This document shows positions 9,662 through 18,767 of a stretch of 64,000 nt of DNA, piece by piece. The translations under genes were made by a program, and so were the position numbers. Each line of letters opens with the position of its first letter. Position 1 is the first letter of the stretch. Below the pieces are notes generated by a model. It was not told where the DNA came from. It worked only from the letters and a program-made list of their open reading frames with translations, and made no database searches. Source of the stretch: Faecousia sp. (GTDB lineage: Bacteria > Bacillota > Clostridia > Oscillospirales > Oscillospiraceae); NCBI GenBank assembly GCA_045587865.1, contig JAZNDD010000180.1, forward strand, positions 6,353 through 70,352, given 5' to 3'.

Positions 9662-9799
9662 GATATTATTAAGAGGAATAAGCAGCTTTCAAAAATAAGA
9701 ATATATAATGGTCAAGTAATAAATGTTGGGTCAGGAAAGCATATTAGTCGCGGACCTGATTATGATCCGAATAAGTTTTATTGTTATGTTGAGTTATAG
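9662..9799 (+). pseudogene. Start-less 45-codon ORF remnant (possible orphan toxin C-terminal tip)
   Basis: DIIKRNKQLSKIRIYNGQVINVGSGKHISRGPDYDPNKFYCYVEL*; the frame is open back to 9602 with no ATG, and its stop overlaps the RBS of the next gene. Confidence 0.4.
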
Positions 9800-9810
9800 A
9801 GGTGAGAATC

Positions 9811-10332
9811 GTGATAATCACACGCGACAAAGAATACAAAGAAATGTTTGTTGTGTATTCAGTCTGTGCAGCGGGTATATTGGGTTGTTTTATATTTGGA
9901 CTTAATAAATCATTTGTTTTTGTGTTGCTCCTTATCCCTGTATATTTCTTTATGGCATTATATCTGATTTCTTATGGCCGTACTTTTGTTCTGAATGAAT
10001 ATGGATGCACTGTTCACTTTTGGAAATATAAGAAGTTGTACACTTGGGATCAACTGAAAACAAAGCGAATTGAGAAATACAATTCGAGACCCTTAATTAA
10101 TGGCACATACCGCGGCTATTATTTGACCGAAGCCATCTTTTGCTTCCGTAAAATTCGAAAGCCAAAGTTTATTCGTCCTAGTACATATTCAATTATTCAT
10201 CCATTTTCCTGTATTTATATTAACTTTAATCCCACTCCAGAAAACTGGAAACGAGGACGACACTATGAAGTTGATGAAATGGAATTTCGTGAGAAAATGA
10301 AGCAGTGGGGTGTAGAATTAGAGGAAAGGTAG
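9811..10332 (+). CDS. AT-rich hypothetical membrane protein (2 N-terminal TM helices plus soluble domain); possible immunity-like protein
   Basis: ORF track 9802; GTG at 9811 follows RBS AGAGGTG better; clearly lower GC than flanking genes. Confidence 0.75.
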   Translation: MIITRDKEYKEMFVVYSVCAAGILGCFIFGLNKSFVFVLLLIPVYFFMALYLISYGRTFVLNEYGCTVHFWKYKKLYTWDQLKTKRIEKYNSRPLINGTYRGYYLTEAIFCFRKIRKPKFIRPSTYSIIHPFSCIYINFNPTPENWKRGRHYEVDEMEFREKMKQWGVELEER

Positions 10333-10351
10333 CACGGAAAGACACGAAAAA

Positions 10352-10575
10352 ACAGGGGACGGTTCTCTGTCTTGACAGGGTATTCCATCCGGGGACAAGT
10401 GGACGGTTCTCTTCTCTCCTGAGGAAAAAGACAACTTCCAATCATAATAAACCACTTTGGCGGGGAACGCATCACGCGCTCCCCGCCATCTTTACATTCT
10501 CCGTCATTGCGAAACCTGTATAGGGGGCGGGTTTTCCGTCCCGTTTCATTGTGGCAATCTCCTGCTACAACGCAC
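10352..10575. repeat. Second REP-like cluster
   Basis: Two GGACGGTTCTCT-family copies (about 10352-10372 and 10391-10418), a copy of the 9151 palindrome at 10456-10494, and a GTCATTGCGA...GGCAATCTCCTG copy at 10503-10575. Confidence 0.7.
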
Positions 10576-10591
10576 AATGGCAGATTCATTA

Positions 10592-11350
10592 TTAAAATTT
10601 TTCTTGTGCACCGGAAATGAATGCTTTTGTTTTTTCGCTTTTGGGGTTATCGAAAATCTGATCCGGCGTTCCGATCTCCTCGATCACACCGTCTGCCATA
10701 TAGATCACCACATCTGCAACACTTCTGGCAAATTCCATTTCGTGGGTCACAACGATCATCGTATTATCCTTGTTTTTCAGTCCACGGATAACACGCAGCA
10801 CTTCTCCGGTCAGTTCCGGGTCAAGGGCACTGGTAGGCTCGTCAAAACACAGCACTTCCGGATTCATCGCCAAAGCCCGGGCAATGGCAACCCTCTGCTG
10901 CTGACCGCCGGAAAGTTGGAATGGATAACTATTCAGTTTCTCAGAAAGACCTACCCGATCCAAAAGCATTTTTGCATTATTTTCAATTTGCGCTGCAGTG
11001 CCTTTTTTCAGAAGTGTGGGTGCAAGTGTGACATTTTGCAGGACTGTGTACTGGGGAAACAAATTAAAATTCTGGAAAACCAATCCAAAATGCAGCCGGT
11101 TTTGACGGATGGTTTCATAATTGGCTTTCGAAGGATCCTGTGCATCAAAAAGCATCTGATTCTTAATGAGTATCTGCCCTTCATCCGGTGTTTCCAAAAA
11201 GTTCAGGCAACGCAAAAGTGTCGTCTTGCCACTGCCGGAAGAACCGATAATCGCAAGGACCTGACCTTTCTCCAAAGAAAAGTGAATCCCCTTCAGAACC
11301 TCCACCTTGCCGAAGTTCTTTTTAATATTTTTAACTTCCAATAATGCCAT
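10592..11350 (-). CDS. Polar amino-acid ABC transporter ATP-binding protein (GlnQ-like)
   Basis: GSSGSGKT, LSGGQQQRVAIARALAM, DEPTSALDPE. Confidence 0.95.
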   Translation of the reverse strand: MALLEVKNIKKNFGKVEVLKGIHFSLEKGQVLAIIGSSGSGKTTLLRCLNFLETPDEGQILIKNQMLFDAQDPSKANYETIRQNRLHFGLVFQNFNLFPQYTVLQNVTLAPTLLKKGTAAQIENNAKMLLDRVGLSEKLNSYPFQLSGGQQQRVAIARALAMNPEVLCFDEPTSALDPELTGEVLRVIRGLKNKDNTMIVVTHEMEFARSVADVVIYMADGVIEEIGTPDQIFDNPKSEKTKAFISGAQEKF

Positions 11351-11353
11351 ACT

Positions 11354-12049
11354 CTAACTCCTGAAATAACTGAGTTTCTTCTCGAGGCGTCCCAGCAAGA
11401 TGGTGAGGATACCCACAAAAATCAGGTAAAATACGCCGGTATAGAAAAGCGGCCAGACCATAGCCTTTGTGGCTGCCAGTTCTTTTGCCTGTTTTATGAT
11501 CTCACTGACGATAATGCAGTTAGCCAATGCAGTATCTTTAATCAAGGTAATGATTTCATTGGACATCGGCGGCACGATCCGCTGGATGACCTGCTTGAGA
11601 ACGATCCTGCGGAAAATCTGGGATTTGGTAAGACCAAGCACATAACCAGCCTCATACTGACCCTTGGAAATACTCTCAATGCCGCCCCGGTAGATCTCAG
11701 AGAAATAGCAGGCATAGTTCAGGGTAAATGCAATTAGCACCGCCGTAACACGCCCTGCGTCCCGGATGCCGTACTCAAGATACATAAACCTATCCAGTTT
11801 GCCGAATATCTGATTATCGAACAAAAGACCCGGGACATAATAAATAATGAAGATCTGGAGCATCAGCGGTACACCTCTGACGATCCAAACAACAACTTTT
11901 GATATCCCCTTGACGATCTTAAACCGGCTCATAGAGCAAAAGGCAATAGGCAAACCAAGCGGTGCGCCGCAAAGCAGCGTCACCGCAAAGATTAGCAGAG
12001 ATATCCAAAAGCCGTCCAATAGATATAAGGTAACATCTAAAAACGACAT
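11354..12049 (-). CDS. Polar amino-acid ABC transporter permease
   Basis: RGVPLMLQ, YFSEIYRGGI..I.KGQYEA (EAA loop), LIKDT. Confidence 0.95.
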   Translation of the reverse strand: MSFLDVTLYLLDGFWISLLIFAVTLLCGAPLGLPIAFCSMSRFKIVKGISKVVVWIVRGVPLMLQIFIIYYVPGLLFDNQIFGKLDRFMYLEYGIRDAGRVTAVLIAFTLNYACYFSEIYRGGIESISKGQYEAGYVLGLTKSQIFRRIVLKQVIQRIVPPMSNEIITLIKDTALANCIIVSEIIKQAKELAATKAMVWPLFYTGVFYLIFVGILTILLGRLEKKLSYFRS

Positions 12050-12070
12050 TTCTGAACTCCTAAGTTTATA

Positions 12071-12976
12071 TTACATCTGATCAGAGAAGTCAGTAATTGC
12101 AGTGTTGGAAACACCGTACTGTTCAGCCAGTTTTGCAATTGTGCCGTCAGCCGCCAGTCTTACCAGTTCTGCATTAACCTGAGCAGTCAAATCGCTGCCC
12201 TTCTTAAAGCCGATTGCGTAGTATTCCACATCGCTGGAAAGGTCTTCTACAGTCTCCAGATCTGCGTAGTCACCCTTGCCAACATAACTCTTTGCCAGTT
12301 GTGCGTCCAGAACTGCGTAGTCCACATTACCGGACAGGACTTCTGTCAGGCACTCAGTCTGCTTCAAGCACTTTGTCAGAACGATGTTCTCATCGATACC
12401 AACAGCATAACTTTCACCGGCAGAACCGCCTTCTACGGCTGCAAACTTGCCCTTCATATCATCGATTGTCTTAATCTCAGAACCCTTCTTAACAACGACG
12501 ACCTGACGGTTTTCCATATAGTTGTAGGAGAAATCAACCTTGTCAGCACGGGCGATGCCGTCGTCGTCAGCCGTATTGCAGGTAAAGCCGTTCCACACAC
12601 AGTCGATGGTACCGGAATTCAGGTCGGTATACTTAGCGCTCCAGTCGATTTCCTGGAAGATAACCTGGTAACCCAGATTGCCGAATACAGCCTTAGCAAG
12701 ATCTGTATCGAAACCAACAAATTCGTTATTTTCATCATAGTAGTTCATAGGCTCATAGATGGTATAGCCAACAACGATTGTCTTGCCATCAGAAGTCTGT
12801 TCATCCTTTGCATCCTCCGTTGCATCGCTGGCTGCAGAACCTGCAGTTGTGTCTGCAACATCGCTTAGTGCATCAGAGCCGGTTGTTCCTGCGGTATCAA
12901 CATCCTTGTTGCCGCAGCCTGCAAAGCAAGCAACCAGCATTAAAACTGCCAAAATCATTGCTACTAACTTTTTCAT
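12071..12976 (-). CDS. Amino-acid ABC substrate-binding lipoprotein (SBP family 3)
   Basis: Lipobox FAGC; GFDTDLA, IDW, NGFT motifs; promoter TTTACA-N17-TATAAT at 13024-13052. Confidence 0.9.
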   Translation of the reverse strand: MKKLVAMILAVLMLVACFAGCGNKDVDTAGTTGSDALSDVADTTAGSAASDATEDAKDEQTSDGKTIVVGYTIYEPMNYYDENNEFVGFDTDLAKAVFGNLGYQVIFQEIDWSAKYTDLNSGTIDCVWNGFTCNTADDDGIARADKVDFSYNYMENRQVVVVKKGSEIKTIDDMKGKFAAVEGGSAGESYAVGIDENIVLTKCLKQTECLTEVLSGNVDYAVLDAQLAKSYVGKGDYADLETVEDLSSDVEYYAIGFKKGSDLTAQVNAELVRLAADGTIAKLAEQYGVSNTAITDFSDQM

Positions 12977-13161
12977 AATCAATTTTCCTTTCATTGTACC
13001 CGTAGGTTTGTTTGGATGACCGTATTATACTTCATTGTGCTAAAGTTGTAAAGGGCTAAATACACGAAATTTTCATATTTGGATAATGTTACAATTACTG
13101 CTGACTTTCACGGGTCTGTTTCATAGAAAGAGACAAGATTTATCTCATAGTAGGCCAAATC

Positions 13162-13190
13162 TTGACAATTTGGTATATTTTTTGTATACT
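13162..13190 (+). promoter_or_regulatory. sigma-A promoter of the AbrB-like/ynbB/EamA/thioesterase operon
   Basis: TTGACA-N17-TATACT. Confidence 0.8.
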
Positions 13191-13233
13191 TACCACTGTG
13201 TGAAAAGTATGAAAAGTATGAAAGGAGGTCCTT

Positions 13234-13473
13234 ATGGCCGGAGGAAAACATATACTCGGTAAACAAAAAACCCAAAGGGTTTTCGGTACTGCCAAAGTGG
13301 GTGACCGTGGGCAGATCGTGATACCGAAAGAAGCCAGAGAGATGTTCCGCATTCGTCCTGGGGATACACTTTTGATCGTTGGTGAAGAAGAGAAGGGTCT
13401 GATCGTCTCCAGACCGGAGGTACTGCGGGAATTGGCAGACCAAATCTTTGACAGTGGAAGAAATGAGGATTGA
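13234..13473 (+). CDS. AbrB/MazE/SpoVT-family DNA-binding protein
   Basis: KVGDRGQIVIPKEAREMFRIRPGD. Confidence 0.9.
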   Translation: MAGGKHILGKQKTQRVFGTAKVGDRGQIVIPKEAREMFRIRPGDTLLIVGEEEKGLIVSRPEVLRELADQIFDSGRNED

Positions 13474-13477
13474 TACG

Positions 13478-14761
13478 ATGAACGAACTACTGGAACTATA
13501 CAATACAATGGGCATCTCCCCTGCTGTGTATGCATATGGTGAAAAAGCATTGACAGCACTGAAGGAACGCTTTGACAGGATCGATCAGATTGCAGAACAC
13601 AATCAGGCAAAAGTAATCGCCGCAATGCAGAAAAACCGGGTATCTGCTGCCTGCTTTGCCGCAACTACCGGATATGGCTACGATGATGTAGGCCGAGATA
13701 ATCTGGAAAAAGTTTATGCCGATGTATTCCATACAGAAGCTGCACTGGTAAGACCCCAGATCACCTGCGGTACACACGCACTGACCGTTGCCCTTTCTGC
13801 AAACCTTCTGCCAGGAGACGAACTTTTAAGCCCTGTAGGTCTGCCCTACGATACATTGCAGGAAGTTATTGGCATCCGTCCAAGCGCCTGCTCTCTGGCA
13901 GAATACGGCGTAACGTATCGGCAGGTTGATCTGCTACCTGACGGCACTTTTGATTACGACGGCATTCGTGCCGCAATCAATGAAAAAACAAAACTGGTGA
14001 CCATCCAGCGCTCCAAAGGTTATGCAACCCGCCCCACCTTCTCTGTGAAACAAATTGGTGAGCTGATCGCTTTCTGCAAATCTGTCAAGCCGGATGTACT
14101 GGTTATGGTGGACAACTGCTACGGTGAATTTGTGGAAACGATCGAGCCGTCTGATGTGGGTGCTGATATGACCGTGGGTTCTTTAATTAAAAATCCCGGC
14201 GGTGGACTTGCTCCCATTGGCGGTTATATCTGCGGTACCGAAGCCTGCGTCAGCCGCTGTGCATACCGCCTGTCTGCGCCTGGTCTGGGTCAGGAAGTCG
14301 GTGCAAATCTGGGCTTGATGACAAGCCTCTATCAGGGATTTTTCCTTGCTCCCACTGTGGTTGCCGGTGCTGAAAAAGGTGCGATCTTCGCTGCAAATCT
14401 CTATGAACCCTTAGGTTTTAAGTGCGTACCTAATGCCACAGAAAGTCGTCATGACATTATTCAGGCTGTGGAACTGGGCAGTGAGGAAGGAATGATCGCT
14501 TTCTGCAAGGGAATTCAGGCGGCGGCGCCTGTAGACGCCTATGCCACTCCAATGCCATGGGATATGCCCGGTTATAACGATAAAGTCATTATGGCTGCCG
14601 GTGCTTTTGTGCAAGGCTCATCCATTGAACTTTCCGCGGATGGACCGATTCGCCCGCCCTATGCAGTCTATTTTCAGGGTGGCCTGACTTGGTGTCACGC
14701 CAAGATGGGTATTCTGATGAGCCTGCAAAAAATGGTGGATGCAGGTTTAATTACATTATAA
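13478..14761 (+). CDS. YnbB-like methionine gamma-lyase family PLP enzyme (aluminium-resistance family)
   Basis: TTGYGYDD.GRD, GTHAL, IQRSKGY, DNCYGEF, GSLIKNPGGG, GSSIELSADGP. Confidence 0.9.
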   Translation: MNELLELYNTMGISPAVYAYGEKALTALKERFDRIDQIAEHNQAKVIAAMQKNRVSAACFAATTGYGYDDVGRDNLEKVYADVFHTEAALVRPQITCGTHALTVALSANLLPGDELLSPVGLPYDTLQEVIGIRPSACSLAEYGVTYRQVDLLPDGTFDYDGIRAAINEKTKLVTIQRSKGYATRPTFSVKQIGELIAFCKSVKPDVLVMVDNCYGEFVETIEPSDVGADMTVGSLIKNPGGGLAPIGGYICGTEACVSRCAYRLSAPGLGQEVGANLGLMTSLYQGFFLAPTVVAGAEKGAIFAANLYEPLGFKCVPNATESRHDIIQAVELGSEEGMIAFCKGIQAAAPVDAYATPMPWDMPGYNDKVIMAAGAFVQGSSIELSADGPIRPPYAVYFQGGLTWCHAKMGILMSLQKMVDAGLITL

Positions 14762-14779
14762 AAACAGAGAGGTAGAATT

Positions 14780-15688
14780 ATGAATTGGTTTTGGTTTGCA
14801 ATTGTAGCACTATTGTGTTGGTCCGGATCTGATTTCTTTTCAAAGATTGGCTGTCGGGAAAAGCAGGATAAATACAGTCAGTTTAAGATGGTTACTGCTG
14901 TCGGTATGGTAATGGGTATTCACGCCATTATAGAGATTATAAACGGTGTGGATATTTCCTGGGATGTTATCATTACTTATCTGCCTGTTTCGCTGCTGTA
15001 TATTGGTTCCATGGTACTTGGTTATGTGGGACTGCGGTACATTGAACTGTCCATTTCTTCCCCGATCTGTAATGCATCCGGTGCACTGGTTGCGATTATT
15101 GCCATTATTACCGGCACTGCCGGAACAATGGACTGGCCGCAGTATCTGGCAGTTGGACTTGCCTGTGCAGGTGTGATTGGCCTTGGTTTTGTGGAGGCTG
15201 GCGAAGATGATCAATTGCGTGCAGCCCGTCAAAGTAAGTCTAATTACAAATATGCAAAATCCTGGCTTGCCCTGGCGCTTCCCATCGCTTATTGTTTGCT
15301 GGATGCAGCCGGTACTTTTGCAGATGCACTTGTTCTGGAAAAACTGAATGAAGACTCTGCAAACGTTGCTTATGAATTAACATTCTTTGCTGCAGGTATA
15401 TTCTGTTTTGTATATACCGTACTCATTAAGCAGCAACCCCTTATTGCCAAGACAGAACGTCCCAAGTACATTGGTGCAATTTTTGAAACAGCCGGTCAAT
15501 TTGCATATATTTACGCATTGGCTGACACCGATCATGTGGCATTGTCTGCGCCGATCATCTCCTCCTACTGTATGGCATCCGTATTGTGGAGCAGAATTTT
15601 CCTGAAAGAAAAACTCAGTTGGAAGCACTATATTTGCATATTTGTAACATTCGCCGGCATTCTGATTATGGGCATTTACGATATGTAA
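14780..15688 (+). CDS. EamA/DMT-family transporter
   Basis: About 10 hydrophobic helices in two repeats; C-terminal FLKEKLSW. Confidence 0.8.
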   Translation: MNWFWFAIVALLCWSGSDFFSKIGCREKQDKYSQFKMVTAVGMVMGIHAIIEIINGVDISWDVIITYLPVSLLYIGSMVLGYVGLRYIELSISSPICNASGALVAIIAIITGTAGTMDWPQYLAVGLACAGVIGLGFVEAGEDDQLRAARQSKSNYKYAKSWLALALPIAYCLLDAAGTFADALVLEKLNEDSANVAYELTFFAAGIFCFVYTVLIKQQPLIAKTERPKYIGAIFETAGQFAYIYALADTDHVALSAPIISSYCMASVLWSRIFLKEKLSWKHYICIFVTFAGILIMGIYDM

Positions 15689-15700
15689 GGAGAAGACAAT

Positions 15701-16087
15701 ATGGAAATCACAATTGGTATGAAGGGTGAAGTAACCACCCTTGTGGAAAGAGAAGACACAGCACAGGAAGTTGGTTCCGGCAGTCTGCTGGTTTATGCCA
15801 CCCCTTGTATGGTAGCACTGATGGAAGGCGCTGCCTGTGAAGCCATTGCAGTTGCATTGCCGGAAGAAAAGACATCTGTTGGCATTGCACTGAACATTTC
15901 CCATTTGGCCGCTACTCCCGTTGGTTTGGAAGTTCGTGCAGAAGCAGAAGTCACCGAGGTTGACGGCAATACAATCACCTTTCAGGTGACGGCCTATGAC
16001 GAAACCGGCAAGATCGGCGAAGGCACACATAAGCGTGCAGTGGTCACTGCACAACGGTTTCTCGATAAGGTATATGCAAAATTATAA
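15701..16087 (+). CDS. Hotdog-fold thioesterase (FlK-like)
   Basis: VYATPCMVALME.A, TSVG..LNISHLAATPVG, IGEGTHKR. Confidence 0.9.
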   Translation: MEITIGMKGEVTTLVEREDTAQEVGSGSLLVYATPCMVALMEGAACEAIAVALPEEKTSVGIALNISHLAATPVGLEVRAEAEVTEVDGNTITFQVTAYDETGKIGEGTHKRAVVTAQRFLDKVYAKL

Positions 16088-16098
16088 ATTTGATTATC

Positions 16099-16280
16099 GG
16101 GATTGCCGCGCACTTTTAGGGCTCGCAATGACAATTAGGCACAATAAATATTTGTAGGGAACGGCCTGTGTGCCGTTCCAAAGATACCCCGATCAAGCGG
16201 AACGCCACGCAGGGCGTTCCCTACGGTGACAATGGAAACTTATGTGTAAAATCAGGGCGCGTGCAATGCACGCGCCCTTA
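16099..16280. repeat. Third REP-like cluster downstream of the BspA-like gene
   Basis: GTCATTGCGA-family copy on - strand (16099-16132); GTAGGGAACGG pair (16154-16179/16199-16224); palindrome AGGGCGCGTGCAATGCACGCGCCCT (16254-16280). Confidence 0.75.
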
Positions 16281-16285
16281 ACATT

Positions 16286-18697
16286 TTATGGATTAAATTG
16301 CGACATAAAGTTTTTCAGCATTACCGCACATTCTGCACGGGTGGCGTTACCCAGAGGGTCCAGCCGCATATCAGAAATATCTGCACCTGCAGTTCCCTTG
16401 CCGCCCAGGATCTTGTTAGTAACTGCCCAGTCCATCGCTTCTTTTGCATAGTCGGAAACTTTGTTTCCGTCTGCAAATCCGGCGCTTTTTCCGGCTTCTG
16501 CCTCCAGGGAATAACCCTTCATCTGAGCATAGCGGTAGAGCATCACTGCCAGATCTTGACGGGTGATCTTCATTCCCACGCCGAACTTGCCGTTGCCCAT
16601 TCCCATTACAACCCGGGATTCATTTGCCCAGAGTACTGCATCTTTGTACCAGTCGTTCTTTACATCCGGGAACTTGTTTTCAATGGTTACTTCCGGTCTT
16701 CCCTCTGCATTGTAAAGTACCTGAACAAACTCTTCTCTGGTTAAGTGACTGTTGGGATCGAACTTAATGTTTCCACTTGCGTCCGTTCCCTTGCCGGTCA
16801 TCAGGTTCTTTTCGTAAGCATAGCTTACTGCACTATATTGCCAGCTCGCCTTACTCACATCGGCAAATATGTTTCCCGCTTCCTCTGCGGCATATTTCCA
16901 CTGGGTCAATAGTAGCGTCGAATTATAGTTTCCTATATCTATATTATTTCTATCCTGTTCCGTTCCTCCATAGATAACGGTCTGTAACCGATAAAAGCCA
17001 GCGAACGCACTATCACCTATGCTGGTCACACTGTCCGGGATGGTGATGTTCGTTAGGCTGGTGCAGCGACGGAACGCATTATCGCCTATGCTGGTCACTC
17101 CATCCGGGATGGTGATGCTCTGCAGGAGGACGCAATCTTCGAATGACTTATAGCCAATAATTCTCGTGCTACTATGAATAGTAACAGTGGAGATAGCTAC
17201 TGATGTAGTGTCTGCTAGATAAAGATAAGGATTTTCTGGGTTTCCTAAGTATAACGCATTGCTATATTTTGTATAGTTCAGGCTACTGCAGCCAGAGAAC
17301 GCGTCATTATCAATGCTGGTCACACTGTCCGGAATTACAATTTCTTCCAATTGACTTTTACAAACGACCATCTTGGATGTTACAGTTTTCGAGCCCTCGG
17401 CAATGATCAATTTTGTTATTGGGCAATTGCTGAACGCATTATCGCCTATGCTGGTCACACTATCCGGGATAGTGATGCTTGTCAGGATATCACAATTAGA
17501 GAACGCATAATTGCCAATGGTGGTCACTCCATCCGGGATGGTGATGCTCGTTAGGCTGGTGCAACCAGAGAACATAAAACTGCCTATGCTGGTCACACTA
17601 TCCGGGATGGTGATGCTCGTCAGGCTGGTGCAACCAGAGAACATAGAACTGCCTATGCTGGTCACACTATCCGGGATGGTGATGCTCGTTAGGCTGGTGC
17701 AACCAGAGAACATAGAACTGCCTATGCTGGTCACACTATCCGGGATAGTGATGCTTGTCAGGATATCACAATAAGAGAACGCATATTCGCCAATGCTGGT
17801 AACACTATCCGGGATAGTGATGCTTGTCAGGCTATCACAACTAGAGAACGCAGATTTGCCAATGGTGGTCACTCCATCCGGGATGGTGATGCTTGTCAAA
17901 CTGCTGCAGTTATAGAACGCACTATCACCTATGCTGGTCACTCCATCCGGAATTGTGATGCCTTGCAGGCTAGTGCAGTCAGCGAATAAGCCATTGGCAA
18001 TAGTATTTATTCTGTCAGGAATGGTGACATTTTGAAGGCTGATGCAGCACTCAAACGCATAATAGCCAATGCTGGTCACACTATCCGGGATCGTAATGCT
18101 TTGCAGGCTAGTGCATAATTGGAATGCTTCATTGCCAATGGTGGTTAAGCCGTCTCCGATCGTAATTCTCTGCAGACTGGTGCAGCAATAGAACGCATTA
18201 TCGCCTATGCTGGTCACACTATCCGGGATAGTGATGCTTGTCAGGATATCACAATTAGAGAACGCATAATTGCCAATGGTGGTTAAGCCGTCTCCGATCG
18301 TAATTCTCTGCAGACTGGTGCAGTAATAGAATGCATAATCGCCTATGCTGGTCACTCCATCCGGGATGGTGATGCTTATCAAACTGCTGCAGTAATAGAA
18401 CGCAGTACTGCCTATGCTGGTAACACTGTCTGGGATCGTGATGCTCGTTAGGCTGGTGCAGTACTTAAACGCATTATTGCCAATTCTGGTGACACGCTTG
18501 CCGTTATAGATCGCAGGAATTAGCAGGTCACCAGTGGCATAAGTACGGCAATCTGCCACATAATAACTCTTGCCGTCAGCATTTAACTGAAATGTCAGGT
18601 CGCTTGTGCTTGCTGCTTGCGCAGATGTAGGGAATGCCAACAGGCACAGTACCGCTACAAAAACTGCCAGCAAATAGGTCTTTATATGCCCTTTCAT
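16286..18697 (-). CDS. Secreted BspA-type leucine-rich repeat (LRR_5) surface protein with three C-terminal SLH domains
   Basis: Signal peptide; about 18-20 repeats of C.SL.SITIPD(S/G)VT.IG..AF; SLH motifs F.DV..W, TREEF, ITRQDLAVMLYRY, ATRAECA. Confidence 0.92.
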   Translation of the reverse strand: MKGHIKTYLLAVFVAVLCLLAFPTSAQAASTSDLTFQLNADGKSYYVADCRTYATGDLLIPAIYNGKRVTRIGNNAFKYCTSLTSITIPDSVTSIGSTAFYYCSSLISITIPDGVTSIGDYAFYYCTSLQRITIGDGLTTIGNYAFSNCDILTSITIPDSVTSIGDNAFYCCTSLQRITIGDGLTTIGNEAFQLCTSLQSITIPDSVTSIGYYAFECCISLQNVTIPDRINTIANGLFADCTSLQGITIPDGVTSIGDSAFYNCSSLTSITIPDGVTTIGKSAFSSCDSLTSITIPDSVTSIGEYAFSYCDILTSITIPDSVTSIGSSMFSGCTSLTSITIPDSVTSIGSSMFSGCTSLTSITIPDSVTSIGSFMFSGCTSLTSITIPDGVTTIGNYAFSNCDILTSITIPDSVTSIGDNAFSNCPITKLIIAEGSKTVTSKMVVCKSQLEEIVIPDSVTSIDNDAFSGCSSLNYTKYSNALYLGNPENPYLYLADTTSVAISTVTIHSSTRIIGYKSFEDCVLLQSITIPDGVTSIGDNAFRRCTSLTNITIPDSVTSIGDSAFAGFYRLQTVIYGGTEQDRNNIDIGNYNSTLLLTQWKYAAEEAGNIFADVSKASWQYSAVSYAYEKNLMTGKGTDASGNIKFDPNSHLTREEFVQVLYNAEGRPEVTIENKFPDVKNDWYKDAVLWANESRVVMGMGNGKFGVGMKITRQDLAVMLYRYAQMKGYSLEAEAGKSAGFADGNKVSDYAKEAMDWAVTNKILGGKGTAGADISDMRLDPLGNATRAECAVMLKNFMSQFNP
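17531..17737. repeat. Three near-identical 69-bp LRR-coding tandem repeats
   Basis: ATCCGGGATGGTGATGCTCG recurs at 17531, 17600 and 17669. Confidence 0.9.
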
Positions 18698-18713
18698 TTT
18701 TACCTCTCCTTAA

Positions 18714-18746
18714 AATAAAGTGTGCGGCTACCGAAGCAGCCGCACA
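18714..18746 (-). terminator. Intrinsic terminator in the leader of the BspA-like gene
   Basis: - strand TGTGCGGCTGC-TTCG-GTAGCCGCACA-CTTTATTTT, immediately before RBS GGAGAGG. Confidence 0.7.
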
Positions 18747-18767
18747 AAAACGCAAACTCCGATAGTC

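Noticed and set aside
9089-10575. Possible CRISPR array
   Set aside because: Repeats are heterogeneous, irregularly spaced and in mixed orientation, and there are no cas genes
16286-18697. Diversity-generating retroelement target
   Set aside because: No reverse transcriptase or TR/VR pair with adenine-specific differences; the repeats are in-frame LRR duplications
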